32,000 nucleotides of DNA from Candidatus Methanophagaceae archaeon (GTDB lineage: Archaea > Halobacteriota > Syntropharchaeia > Alkanophagales > Methanospirareceae), in the NCBI GenBank assembly GCA_003194425.1, contig PQXB01000001.1, positions 1,155,125-1,187,124 on the forward strand, written 5' to 3'. Of this stretch, positions 8,203 through 19,186 are shown in pieces. The position numbers were made by a program, and so were the translations under genes. How positions within the stretch are numbered: the first letter of the stretch is position 1; each line of letters opens with the position of its first letter. The notes beneath the pieces were generated by a model that saw only the letters and a program-made list of their open reading frames with translations, was not told the DNA's origin and ran no database searches.

Positions 8203-9276
8203 TTAAGGCAGCGTTGAGGAAGGCGGGTTTGAGCCAAACAGAAAATCGTCAAACTTCAGCAACGCACACCAGACTCCCTTGCACTCGCACTCCGCTTCTG
8301 CTGCGGTCTCTGCGGTGGTCGCCTCTCTCTCGTCGAGTCGTTCCAAGACGCTCAAGTCCTGCGTTCTGTTGAACTTTTTTATCGCTCTTACAACCGCGGC
8401 GTCACACTTGCCGCAGTTGTGCGGTCCTCTCTTGTGCCCTCCTCCGACGGGGTCCGAGAGCAGCACAAGCCCCTCTCCTCGCTTCCTCTTCACAGTTTTC
8501 AGCACCTCTACCGCACTCCAGAGCCACGGCGGTCTGTAAAACTTTCTCCTCCACAACCCTTCTAAAGCGGTCTGTCTCTGCACATTGCAGAGGTTAAGCG
8601 AGATTGTTGAACTGTAAGGGGCGACGAGGTCGGCGGATTTTACGGCGTCCTGAATCGCCTTCTTCTCGGAGACAAACGGCGGCTTGAGCAGGAGGTAGGT
8701 CTTTACACTTGCTCCGCTCTTCTTCGCGACCTTCGCCGCGTTTCGGAAATCCTCGAACGAGAAGCCCTTGTTTATGTAGTTTGACCTGATAAAATCGTCT
8801 GCGGTCTCCAACCCAAAGGCGAGTTCAAGACCCTCGACAACTTCTAAGTCCTTGATTTTCTCCTCGCTCACAAACTCAGGCCTCGTCTCCACTAACAATT
8901 TTTTTATCCCCCCTCTTCTTCGCCCTTTTGTTCTCCCTTGCCTTCGCCTCCTCCGCACCGTCTCGGCGATTTTTCTCCTCGTCTCGCCCGAGATCTCGCG
9001 TTCGTCGAGGAAGCTGCCGGAGGTGAAGATTTTGAGAATGAAATCTTCGTCAGGGCTGTGTCGTTCTAACGCCTGTTCCAGTTGAGTCAGGAGGTCTGCT
9101 TGTGTCAGCGAGGGGTCTGCAGATTCGTGCCAGAAGCCGCACATTCGGCATTTCCGCCACTGACAGCCCCGCGTTCTTAAAATGACGGTTAAGCATTTTA
9201 CCGCTCTCTGCTCTTCGGCGAGGAAGTCGTAGTCGAGCCACGAGGCTACGGGGGTCTTGTTCTTTAGGGAAGTCAT
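8203..9276 (-). CDS. Archaeosine-biosynthesis radical-SAM protein (RaSEA / TIGR01210-like)
   Basis: 'LTVILRTRGCQWRKCRMCGFW' is a Cys cluster typical of the RaSEA family, followed by a TIM-barrel-like radical-SAM core. The start was set at the ATG at 9274-9276; the ORF-track start at 9300 is a TTG. That ATG overlaps the stop of the upstream nuclease gene (ATGA). Confidence 0.7.
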   Translation of the reverse strand: MTSLKNKTPVASWLDYDFLAEEQRAVKCLTVILRTRGCQWRKCRMCGFWHESADPSLTQADLLTQLEQALERHSPDEDFILKIFTSGSFLDEREISGETRRKIAETVRRRRRQGRTKGRRRGGIKKLLVETRPEFVSEEKIKDLEVVEGLELAFGLETADDFIRSNYINKGFSFEDFRNAAKVAKKSGASVKTYLLLKPPFVSEKKAIQDAVKSADLVAPYSSTISLNLCNVQRQTALEGLWRRKFYRPPWLWSAVEVLKTVKRKRGEGLVLLSDPVGGGHKRGPHNCGKCDAAVVRAIKKFNRTQDLSVLERLDEREATTAETAAEAECECKGVWCALLKFDDFLFGSNPPSSTLP

Positions 9277-10427
9277 ATTTTTTCGATGACACCCAACCAA
9301 ACTCTCAGATGCTCTTCCTTTACTTCTTTATCTTCTTTCAAATTATTCGTGTAAGTCTCCATAAATTGACTGGGCGTCTTTACAAGCCTCAAATAATACT
9401 TTATTGACGGTATTATCCCATTTACAATTACTTCACAGCCGTGTTCATTCTTTATTCTCTGCTTTAGATTCTCAACTCGCGTCTCTTCACCTTCTCCCTC
9501 TTCTTCCCGAATATAAGGCTCTGCGGTCGTCAGCAAATAATAACGGCTAACAGCAGTTTTTCTGAACTTTTTATATGAATCATTTATTATGCTCTCGCTG
9601 ATTGGTATGTTGTGTTTTATTTCTACAACTTCGAAATATTCGCCGGTTTCGTCAACCACTTCTACATCTCCGATTGCCTTTGCATGTAAGTCAGGAGATT
9701 CGTAACTCCTCAAACTTTTTAGACTTTTATTTCGGTAGCGAGTAATGTCTTCCATCATTAATTGATATAACGAATACACAGCTAAAACAGGCAGTTTAGA
9801 CGCTCCAGCAGAGCCATATTTGTGGAAGAAATGCGACCTCAAACACTCTATGATTGAATCAATTTGCATCTTCTTTGGGAAAATCACACCCTCTAAAATG
9901 CTTCTGATTTCTGTAAATTTTTGTAATAGAAGCGTAAATAAAGCCAGTAAATATCTCTCCGCGTCTGCGTCATTTTCTTCAATATCGTTCAAAATCTCTA
10001 AAAAGCAGCATTTCACCCTCGCATCCCGAATCTTACCAGGAAAATCCAGCGTAAACGGGTGAGGCTGTTCAATAGATCTGCTTAACCAGCCGCTCTCTTT
10101 CATCGCTATTCTTGGGAACCTCTTTTTGAGAAATGGCGTTACATATTTCGTGTCAAACACTCTTGCTGAATACCCACCCTCAAATTCTTTCCTGTGAAGT
10201 CTAACATCCTGACTTGGCTCTGTAATCTTCTTTACGAAACAAGTTATAAGAGCGGTTGTTACCGCTTTCTGCGATTCGCACGCGTCTGCTATTGCAGTTA
10301 TCCATTCTCTCTGCTCTTCGTCTAAACCGTCGAGGTCAAGAGGGAGAGGGATGTCATTTACCTCTTCATACGCACCTTCAAGCACTTTTGTAGCTTCTTC
10401 CATTTTGCTGCTTTGCTTTAAAACCAT
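9273..10427 (-). CDS. Putative type II restriction endonuclease (PD-(D/E)xK)
   Basis: 384 aa in visibly AT-richer DNA, translationally overlapping the adjacent methyltransferase gene. The candidate catalytic motif is 'AIGDVEVVDETGEYFEVVEIKH' (D254...E269-x-K271; nt about 9615-9668). I could not assign a named family. Confidence 0.6.
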   Translation of the reverse strand: MVLKQSSKMEEATKVLEGAYEEVNDIPLPLDLDGLDEEQREWITAIADACESQKAVTTALITCFVKKITEPSQDVRLHRKEFEGGYSARVFDTKYVTPFLKKRFPRIAMKESGWLSRSIEQPHPFTLDFPGKIRDARVKCCFLEILNDIEENDADAERYLLALFTLLLQKFTEIRSILEGVIFPKKMQIDSIIECLRSHFFHKYGSAGASKLPVLAVYSLYQLMMEDITRYRNKSLKSLRSYESPDLHAKAIGDVEVVDETGEYFEVVEIKHNIPISESIINDSYKKFRKTAVSRYYLLTTAEPYIREEEGEGEETRVENLKQRIKNEHGCEVIVNGIIPSIKYYLRLVKTPSQFMETYTNNLKEDKEVKEEHLRVWLGVIEKI

Positions 10428-11443
10428 TTTAATTGCGCCTGTGCCGTCTCTAATCGCTCTCTCGCGTATTCACAATATTCTGGATTAATCTCAAAACCTA
10501 TGAACTTCCGCCCTAATTTCTTGCACGCCACCGCGGTGGTTCCGGACCCAACAAAAGGGTCTAAAACAATGTCTCCTTCTTTTGTGAGCAATTTGACCAA
10601 TTCCTGTATTATATATTCTGGATACACAGCGGGATGAGGGCAGTTTTTTATCGTCTCCACAGAGCTCTCGATGACATCGCGCTTCAAATCATTCCCGAAT
10701 ATTCGGATAATCGTAAAACCTTGCTTCTCAATCTGAGTTTTTCTACCTCCTTCTTGACCACCGAATGCAGGGGCGTGAATGCCACGAATTTTCATCCTGA
10801 ATTCCGCTATTTCGCCTTTCTTCACCTCCTCTATTACCTTCCGCAATTCTTCCCTCGCTCTCTCTTTCTCCTGCTCAGATAAAGCAGATTTCTCTATTAA
10901 TTCAAAATATCTCCTGCCGACGCTGGTATTTCCCCTCTTTTTCCTCCCCCGCCCCCTCTCCCGCTCCTTTCTCGTGTTTCCAGTCAAGAAGGCGTCAATA
11001 TTGTAATAGTATTTATTTGACTTGGCGAAATGGAAGAATGGCTCCGTGCTACTCACAAGCCGTCGCTTGAACTGTCTTGGTGTAGGGTTCGTTTTTATCC
11101 AAGTTATTGTATTTACAAGCTTCACTAGCTCCCTTTTTGTTACTTCAGCCGCAAACCTAAAAGGAATTAAGGACAAACTCCCTTCCTCGTTGTATTTGTC
11201 GCCCAGATTGAATACAATGCTTCCAGAGTCTTTAACTACCTTAACGCACTCGTGAAATATCTTTAAAAGGTTTTCAATGTACTCGTCCGGCGTGTCCTCG
11301 TTCCCGATTCCCAGCCCGTAATCCCGCTGTTTGTAGTAAGGCGGACTCGTTATAACAAGGTCTACCGCTCCTTTAGGAATATTCTTTAAGAGCTCAAAAC
11401 TGTCGCCTTCGATTATCTGGTTTAGCAGTTGCTCAAATTTCAT
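10418..11443 (-). CDS. DNA methyltransferase, beta-class, SPPY type (likely N4-cytosine, possibly N6-adenine)
   Basis: 341 aa. Motif IV is 'DLVITSPPYYKQRDYG' (N-terminal) and motif I is 'VLDPFVGSGTTAVACKKLGRKFIGFEINPEY' (C-terminal). It overlaps the GNAT stop by 11 nt and the nuclease start by 10 nt. Confidence 0.9.
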   Translation of the reverse strand: MKFEQLLNQIIEGDSFELLKNIPKGAVDLVITSPPYYKQRDYGLGIGNEDTPDEYIENLLKIFHECVKVVKDSGSIVFNLGDKYNEEGSLSLIPFRFAAEVTKRELVKLVNTITWIKTNPTPRQFKRRLVSSTEPFFHFAKSNKYYYNIDAFLTGNTRKERERGRGRKKRGNTSVGRRYFELIEKSALSEQEKERAREELRKVIEEVKKGEIAEFRMKIRGIHAPAFGGQEGGRKTQIEKQGFTIIRIFGNDLKRDVIESSVETIKNCPHPAVYPEYIIQELVKLLTKEGDIVLDPFVGSGTTAVACKKLGRKFIGFEINPEYCEYARERLETAQAQLKWF

Positions 11444-11966
11444 CCTCCACCTTCCGCTCGTAAGTCTGAACGAGCATTCCCTTGCTCTGCTCCCAGGGTT
11501 CGCCGGTCTTGTAAAAATTGAACTTCTTCATCGCTCGCTCGCAGGGTTCGCTGCCCTCAAGAATGTTCACGCAATTCACCTTGCACTTGTTGGCTCGTGC
11601 GAACTCGTAGAACTGCTCGTACATCGCGGACGCGACACCTTGAGCGCTGTATTCTGGAAGAACCGCCTGCTGCTCGCCGAAGCAGACCCTAACCCTGTCT
11701 GTGCCTCGCTCGGTTACGGAGGCTTTGTAGACGCCCACCAGTTTCCCCGCGATGCGAACGCCGAAGAAGAAATAGCCCGCTTCCATTTCCTTCTGCACTT
11801 CCTCCTCGCTCATCGCACGCTTCTCTCGCCACTCCTTCGGGTACTCGTACGCCTTTAGCCAGACCTTTTTGTAGAGGGCGGAGATGTCTTTGGCGTCCTT
11901 TTTGCCCAGTTCTACTGCACGGCGTTTCTCGCCGCGGTAATCCTCTTCTACAACACAGACCGCCAT
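11433..11966 (-). CDS. GNAT-family N-acetyltransferase
   Basis: 177 aa. It has a beta4-alpha3 style motif 'AVLPEYSAQGVASAMYEQFYEFA' (Q/RxxGxA acetyl-CoA pocket) and typical GNAT size. Confidence 0.6.
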   Translation of the reverse strand: MAVCVVEEDYRGEKRRAVELGKKDAKDISALYKKVWLKAYEYPKEWREKRAMSEEEVQKEMEAGYFFFGVRIAGKLVGVYKASVTERGTDRVRVCFGEQQAVLPEYSAQGVASAMYEQFYEFARANKCKVNCVNILEGSEPCERAMKKFNFYKTGEPWEQSKGMLVQTYERKVEDEI

Positions 11967-11994
11967 TCTGATTGTAAATGTTCCGACTGCATAT

Positions 11995-12597
11995 TTATTC
12001 TTTTCGGTTTTTCGCTCTGCACTCGTTCAAAAACCCGCTCTGCAACGCCACCACTTCCCCACTGTCCTTCGCTCCAGAATACGCGAGCAACCGCTCCCAG
12101 TTCAACCGCAAAAACTCGTTCCCCCACTTGAACCCGCCCAGCACGCGTTGCGACTGCTCCTGCTCGCCGAGAATAAAAAGAGCAGCAGCAAGAGCTTCGG
12201 CAGAACTCAGCAGGAACGGCTTGCCGTAGTTTACGGGGTTTACAGCGATTAAAAACGGTAGTGCCCGCTTCCGCCTCCCCCACTCCCTCCTCCCACTCTT
12301 TCCCTTCCTTTCCCACCCTACCTGTCTTTCCCTCCCTACCTGTTCCTCCCGCCGCAAAAAATCCTCAAAACCTCCCGTCTCCGTCTTCTTCCACGAGCAG
12401 TCTAAGACCGTTACACTCGTTTTCGTAGATTTGTCTGCAGGCGAGAGAGCCTTCTCCGCAGTCGGTAGCAGCAAAATCGTGTTGTGCGGTATTTTTCGCA
12501 GCACTTTAACCGACTTCACCAAGCCTGCGCGTGCTAATTTCCGAACCGTGCATTTCTTCGGGTCGCACTGCCCCTCGTCGTAGGCGTAAAGTCGCAT
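11995..12597 (-). CDS. tsr3: 16S rRNA aminocarboxypropyltransferase Tsr3 (DUF367)
   Basis: 'DEGQCDPKKCTVRKL', 'VLDCSWKK' and 'LIAVNPVNYGKPFLLSSAEALAAALFILG...KWGNEFLRLN' match Tsr3. It carries an inserted Arg/Glu/Gly/Trp repeat. Confidence 0.8.
   Translation of the reverse strand: MRLYAYDEGQCDPKKCTVRKLARAGLVKSVKVLRKIPHNTILLLPTAEKALSPADKSTKTSVTVLDCSWKKTETGGFEDFLRREEQVGRERQVGWERKGKSGRREWGRRKRALPFLIAVNPVNYGKPFLLSSAEALAAALFILGEQEQSQRVLGGFKWGNEFLRLNWERLLAYSGAKDSGEVVALQSGFLNECRAKNRKE
12313..12348. repeat. 18-nt imperfect tandem duplication inside tsr3
   Basis: 'ccaccctacctgtctttc' is followed by 'cctccctacctgttcctc'. Confidence 0.7.
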
Positions 12598-12622
12598 TTC
12601 AAAGCACCGCTGTAGTTGCAGC

Positions 12623-15286
12623 TCAAGGACTAGCCGAGAAAACCTCCACCCCCACCACTTTCTCCCCCTCCTTCACATTCATTAACCGCACACCGTAAGT
12701 GTTCCTGCCCTGCGTGGGAATGTTGCGTGCAGCGATTTTCGTCACCAGCCCGTCAGAAGTGGAAATCATAAGTTCGTCGGCGTTCCGCACCTGCTTTACG
12801 CAGACGACTCTTCCGTTTCTCTCGCCCGTTCTTATGCTAATCACACCTTTACCGCCGCGGTGCGTTTCCCGGTAGGCGTTCAACCTCGTCCTCTTCCCGT
12901 AGCCCTTCTCGGTCACTGTAACGACCCTCTTCACCTCCCTTGACGTCGAAGAACCCAAACCCAAACCCAAATCCACCGCCTCAACGCTCGCGATTTCGTC
13001 TCCTTTTTCTAATCTCATTCCCCGCACGCCCGCAGCGTACCTGCCCATTTCCCGCAGTTCCGCTTCCTCGAACAAAATCGCCTTTCCGTTCTTCGAACTT
13101 AAAATTACGCCTCGCCGCTGCTCGCCGCCGCCTCTTACTAACGCCACGCCAGCCAACGAGTCGCCCTTCTCGCTCCTGACCTTTACAGCAACGACCCCGT
13201 TGACGCGGACGGATTTCAGACTTGCGAGCGTGGTTCTCTTTACTACGCCCTGTCGAGTAGCGAAAACGAGGAACGAGTCCTCTGCTCCTTCGGCTGCTCC
13301 TTCGCCTCTCGCAGCGGCTACCGCCCTGTCCAGGTCTTCAGGAATTGGAATTACAGCAGCGATTTTTTCTTTCTCTTTTTCATTTTCATTTTTTTCTTCT
13401 CTTAGCTCCTGCCCTGGAATATTCACCAGCGGTCTGCCTTTTGCGTGTCGGCTGCTGGTTGGCGGAATTTGGTAGGTCTTGACTTGGTAAGCCCGCCCTG
13501 ACTCTGTAAAGAGCAGCAGCCGTTCCCTCGTGGACGCTCGTGCGAAAAGGAGAACTGTGTCGCCTTCTTTCTTCTCGAGCACCGAAATTCCTTTCCCGCC
13601 GCGCCGCTGCTGTTTAAAAATATTCGCAGGCAACCGCTTTAGGTAGCCCCGCTGCGTAAAAAACAGAACTACCTCCGCCTCTTCTACAAGGTCTCGCTCG
13701 CTCAAGAACGCCTTTTCTTCCTCGATTTCCGTCCGCCGTGCGTCCCCGTACTTCGCCTTCAACTCCGCCAGTTCGTCTTTTACGAGCCCAAATATTCGGG
13801 ACTCCGACGCCAAGACCTCCCGCCGCCAATTTATTCTCGCCTCAAGTTCCGCCCGCTCGGTCTCGATTTTCCCACGCTCGAGAGCACTCAGCCGCGAGAG
13901 TTTCATTTCCAAAATCTCCTTCACCTGCTCCTCGCTCAGCCCAAACCTGCTGACGAGTGCGGCTTTTGCGGTCTTGCTGTCGGGTGCGGATTTTATTAGT
14001 TTTATCGTCTCGTCAATCTGCGAAATCGCAACGACCAAGCCCTCTAAAATGTGGCACCGCTTCTCGGCTCGCTCCAGCTCGTACCGCAGCCGCCGGACCG
14101 TCACCTCCCGCCGGTGCTTGACGAAGCACTCGATGAGTTCTTTCAGCGTCAAGACCCGTGGCTCGCCGTCCACCAGCGCGAGATTTATCACGCCAAAAGT
14201 GGTCTGCAGTCGCGTGTGCTTGTAGAGTTTGTTCAAGACGACCGCAGCGTCCGCACCTGCCCGCAACTCCACAACAATCCGCATTCCCTTGCGGTCCGAC
14301 TCGTCTCGCAGCCCCGTAACACTCTCCAACTTCTGCGTCTTCACGAACTCGGCAATCTCCGCCACCAGACTGCTCTTGTTCACTTGGTAAGGAATTTCGG
14401 TAACGACAAGCCGCTCCCGCCTGCCCTTCTTCTCCGCTTTTTCCACCTCTACTCGTGCCTTCAGCGTTAAAGAGCCCCTGCCGGTTGTGTACGCGTTTTT
14501 TATGCCCTCGTAGCCTGAAATTATGCCACCAGTAGGAAAATCAGGACCCCTTAAGGTCTGCATCAACTCTTCCACCTCCTCGCCCGGCTCGTCAATCACT
14601 TTCACTACCGCGTCCACCACCTCCCCTAAGTTGTGCGGAGGCATATTTGTCGCCATTCCGACGGCAATTCCAGAAGAGCCGTTCACGAGCAGGTTCGGGA
14701 ACTTCGCGGGCAGGACCTGCGGCTCTTTTAGCGTGTTGTCGAAGTTTGGGGACCAGGAGACGGTCTCTTTCTCGAGGTCGGTTAGCAGTTCTTCAGATAT
14801 TTTCGAGAGCCTCGCTTCTGTGTAGCGCATTGATGCCGGAGCGTCCCCGTCAAGGCTGCCAAAATTCCCCTGACCGTCGATTAAGGGGTAGCGGTAGGAG
14901 AAATCCTGTGCCATTCGCGCCAGCGTGTCGTAAACGGCAGCGTCGCCGTGCGGGTGGTATTTTCCTAAAATTTCGCCCACGATCCTCGCTGACTTCTTGT
15001 GCGGTCGGTCGTGCCTGCTGCCGAGTCCGTGCATTCCGAACAAAATCCTGCGGTGCACCGGCTTCAGCCCGTCGCGTGCGTCAGGAAGAGCCCGCCCCAC
15101 GATCACGCTCATCGCGTAGTCAATGTACGAACTCTTCATCTCGTCTTCCACGCTGATTTCTGTTACTCGCTCCCCTCCCACGACGCGTCCTGCTTCTCTT
15201 TCTCGCTCTTCTTCTCCCTCGCCTTCTCGCTCTTCTTCTCCCTCGCCTTCTCGCTCTTCTTCCTGCCGCTGCCCGCTTTCGTTCAT
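12623..15286 (-). CDS. gyrA: DNA gyrase subunit A
   Basis: '[37 protein letters not shown]', the active-site region 'RYTEARL' and the GyrA-box 'QRRGGKGI' in the C-terminal beta-pinwheel are present. The first ATG is at 15284-15286. The ORF-track start at 15301 is a GTG immediately abutting the gyrB stop. Confidence 0.93.
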   Translation of the reverse strand: MNESGQRQEEEREGEGEEEREGEGEEEREREAGRVVGGERVTEISVEDEMKSSYIDYAMSVIVGRALPDARDGLKPVHRRILFGMHGLGSRHDRPHKKSARIVGEILGKYHPHGDAAVYDTLARMAQDFSYRYPLIDGQGNFGSLDGDAPASMRYTEARLSKISEELLTDLEKETVSWSPNFDNTLKEPQVLPAKFPNLLVNGSSGIAVGMATNMPPHNLGEVVDAVVKVIDEPGEEVEELMQTLRGPDFPTGGIISGYEGIKNAYTTGRGSLTLKARVEVEKAEKKGRRERLVVTEIPYQVNKSSLVAEIAEFVKTQKLESVTGLRDESDRKGMRIVVELRAGADAAVVLNKLYKHTRLQTTFGVINLALVDGEPRVLTLKELIECFVKHRREVTVRRLRYELERAEKRCHILEGLVVAISQIDETIKLIKSAPDSKTAKAALVSRFGLSEEQVKEILEMKLSRLSALERGKIETERAELEARINWRREVLASESRIFGLVKDELAELKAKYGDARRTEIEEEKAFLSERDLVEEAEVVLFFTQRGYLKRLPANIFKQQRRGGKGISVLEKKEGDTVLLFARASTRERLLLFTESGRAYQVKTYQIPPTSSRHAKGRPLVNIPGQELREEKNENEKEKEKIAAVIPIPEDLDRAVAAARGEGAAEGAEDSFLVFATRQGVVKRTTLASLKSVRVNGVVAVKVRSEKGDSLAGVALVRGGGEQRRGVILSSKNGKAILFEEAELREMGRYAAGVRGMRLEKGDEIASVEAVDLGLGLGSSTSREVKRVVTVTEKGYGKRTRLNAYRETHRGGKGVISIRTGERNGRVVCVKQVRNADELMISTSDGLVTKIAARNIPTQGRNTYGVRLMNVKEGEKVVGVEVFSASP
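15201..15264. repeat. 24-nt tandem repeat x2.7 (tctcgctcttcttctccctcgcct), encodes (EEEREGEG)n at the gyrA N-terminus
   Basis: Perfect copies lie at 15201-15224 and 15225-15248, with a partial copy at 15249-15264. Confidence 0.95.
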
Positions 15287-15301
15287 TTTTGTGCTCCTCA
15301 C

Positions 15302-17372
<2,071 letters not shown>

Positions 17373-17590
17373 ACTACAAAAAGCGAGACACTTAAATGAA
17401 TTTTTTCGTATTCAAGATTTAGAACTGAAGAATCTACGGTGCGGTGGCAGGGCTGCAAACAGAAGAAGGTGCAGACAAGTTAGCCTACCGTCAAGGTCTG
17501 TTCGTCTTTCTTGGCAGGAAGCGGAGAGGGGCTGGTTCGGATTCCTCGGCGGGGCTGCTCGGGGTCCGGGCTACTTCCTGCTCGGACGGC

Positions 17591-17683
17591 GGAGAAGGGA
17601 GAAGAAGTAGAAAAGGAAAGGCAGAGAAGGAGAAAGAAGAAAGAGGGAGGGAGAGAAGAAAGGGGGGGAGAAGAAAGGGGGGG
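17591..17683. repeat. 93-nt near-pure purine tract (2 pyrimidines), ending in a perfect 15-nt tandem duplication agaagaaaggggggg x2 (17654-17683)
   Basis: Read directly from the sequence. Only t17608 and c17622 interrupt the A/G run, and the tract contains two G7 runs. Confidence 0.9.
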
Positions 17684-17709
17684 CGTTCCACCCCCTGTTT
17701 TTATTTTTT
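17677..17709 (+). terminator. G5/C5 hairpin followed by T5-a-T6 (plus-strand terminator-like element)
   Basis: The sequence 'ggggggg cgttcca ccccc tg ttttt a tttttt' is present. Oligo-T tracts are the known archaeal termination signal. Confidence 0.45.
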
Positions 17710-17739
17710 GAAGATAAAAAATTTAAGGTGGAGGGGAAA

Positions 17740-17846
17740 GTGCGTTTAGCGGTGCCGAACGCGAGTTGGGCAGAACTTTCACGGTTCGGTCGCTGGTAAA
17801 GTGGCGGTAGGTCTGCTGTTTCTCGTTCCGCTGCTGGTCTTTTTTT
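17740..17846 (+). ncRNA. Candidate small structured RNA (unclassified)
   Basis: A TATA-like 'ataaaaaattta' (17714-17725) lies about 25 nt upstream. Two hairpins follow: AGCG-GTG-CCGAAC...GTTCGG-T-CGCT at 17748-17794, and the hairpin at 17801-17834. A T7 run closes the unit. No ORF and no family motif were recognised. Confidence 0.25.
17801..17846 (+). terminator. 7-bp hairpin (GTGGCGG / CCGCTGC) followed by T7 (plus-strand terminator-like element)
   Basis: The stem spans 17801-17807 and 17828-17834, including two G-U pairs. The T-run spans 17840-17846. It is oriented for the plus strand, whereas the neighbouring gene (17856-18872) is on the minus strand. Confidence 0.4.
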
Positions 17847-17855
17847 ACCCGTGGA

Positions 17856-18872
17856 TTAAGCGTTATTTTTGAGTCTGAACTCTGACGAAAAAACTCCTTT
17901 CAGCCCCACGCAGTCCACCAAAATCATATTCAACCGCACTAACAAAGCAAAAGAGAGACCCACTGCAGGTCCTACGCCGAGCAACTCAAACACTACCGCG
18001 GTCGCACCCTCCATCAGCCCCAACCCCGAGACGGTTACAGGAACGAACCGCAGAATCGTGATCAACGGGTGCAGAAGGAAGTAGGCTAAAAACCCCAACT
18101 CCGCCGCCGTCACGCCAAGCGACAAACCGATGAGTTGCCACTGAACTGCAAGAAGAACCCAACAGACAAAGTAAATTACGAGAATAAGAGGAACGGTCTC
18201 GCGTATTGAAAAACTCTTCTCCTTCATTTTTTGAAACTCCGCTTCAAACCGCCGCACGAAAGCAAAAGGAATCTTGGCGAGGAAGTTGGCGGAACGCGAT
18301 TCTGCTGTCCAGACTACCCACAAAATGACCGCACCGAGTCCCAAGAAGACCCCGCCGCCAACGCACAGCGGCAGCAGCAGGCTCGCACCGCCTACCCCTC
18401 CCGCTCCGCTCCCGTCCACCGAAATTACGCCGGTAAAGAAGACCAAGCCCACGAAGCCACCTGCTACCTTCAAAATGAATTCTATCCCCTGCGGAGCGAG
18501 AATAGCAGCCATTCCTTCTGAAATTCTGCAGCCTGTGCGGTTTCTCAAGAAATAGGGGACGAGGAAGAAGCCCACCCTTCCCGGCGTTACATCCGAGGCG
18601 AGCATTCCTGCGAAGTGGGCGAAGAAGGAGTCCGAGAACTTGAGGCTGACGCTGTTCCCTACGCCCTCTCCCACACCCATTTTTCGCAGGAGGTAAGAGA
18701 GACGGTAAGCCATAAAAAGATTGTAGCAGAGGTAAGAGACGCCTGCGAGTGCGAACAAGAAAATATTCACACCTCTTACCACCTCTGCAACCTTGTGAAA
18801 GTCTATTTTGTAAAACAGAAGTGCGAGAATTCCTACTCCCACGAGCACCTGAACAAAACCTTTTTTATTCAT
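17856..18872 (-). CDS. Flippase-like / lysyl-PG-synthase-TM-region family membrane protein (UPF0104)
   Basis: 338 aa with about 8 hydrophobic helices. The N-terminal 'VLVGVGILALLFYKIDFHKVAEVV' pattern is typical of UPF0104. Confidence 0.6.
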   Translation of the reverse strand: MNKKGFVQVLVGVGILALLFYKIDFHKVAEVVRGVNIFLFALAGVSYLCYNLFMAYRLSYLLRKMGVGEGVGNSVSLKFSDSFFAHFAGMLASDVTPGRVGFFLVPYFLRNRTGCRISEGMAAILAPQGIEFILKVAGGFVGLVFFTGVISVDGSGAGGVGGASLLLPLCVGGGVFLGLGAVILWVVWTAESRSANFLAKIPFAFVRRFEAEFQKMKEKSFSIRETVPLILVIYFVCWVLLAVQWQLIGLSLGVTAAELGFLAYFLLHPLITILRFVPVTVSGLGLMEGATAVVFELLGVGPAVGLSFALLVRLNMILVDCVGLKGVFSSEFRLKNNA

Positions 18873-19186
18873 AAACTTTTCTTTAACAAAGTAAACTTTA
18901 CTAAAGAAATTGTTTTTAAGACAATTTACTCCAGTTTGTCAAACTTGTTCAAAAACTCTTTCCACTTCCCAAAGTCCTTCGCACTGAAATGTTGCCTGTC
19001 TTGGTCCTTTGAAAAATAAAAATACCTTTCAAAGAATCATAAAAATGAAATTCGTCTTTAATTAAATCCTACACTCTTCGAATTTGGTTTTTGATAAGCA
19101 AATCGCAAGAGAAGCACAAATGCTACTCTTCCCAACATCTCCTTTTTTACTAACTTGAATCCATAGTATAAAAAATTATTTATTCG

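Noticed and set aside
17438-17710. SRP (7S) RNA or RNase P RNA. The 5' 'GGTGCGGTGGCAGGGC' is reminiscent of the SRP Alu-domain start, and 'ACAGAAGAAGG' and 'GAGGGGAAAGTGCG' loosely resemble RNase P CR-V and CR-I.
   Set aside because: I could not find the SRP helix-8 core (the GGAA tetraloop / AGCA motif) or a complementary P4 pairing for RNase P. The 93-nt purine tract has no pairing partner. The similarity is too weak to call without a covariance-model scan.
17444-17749. 101-aa (+), 66-aa (+, 17511-17711) and 66-aa (-, 17491-17691) ORFs in the gyrB-upstream gap.
   Set aside because: Both plus-strand ORFs have non-ATG starts (GTG and TTG). The translations are dominated by the purine-tract low complexity. 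The longest ORF reads straight through a hairpin/oligo-T element. They are left as part of the unexplained-region finding rather than called as genes.
18873-19186. An att-type duplication of tRNA-Leu or an integrase remnant at the far border of the AT-rich island. There is also a start-less open frame ending '...FSAKDFGKWKEFLNKFDKLE*' on the minus strand (about 18930-19030).
   Set aside because: By eye there is no >=10-nt match to the tRNA. The open frame has no start codon and is too short to interpret. It could be a gene remnant, but this is unsupported.
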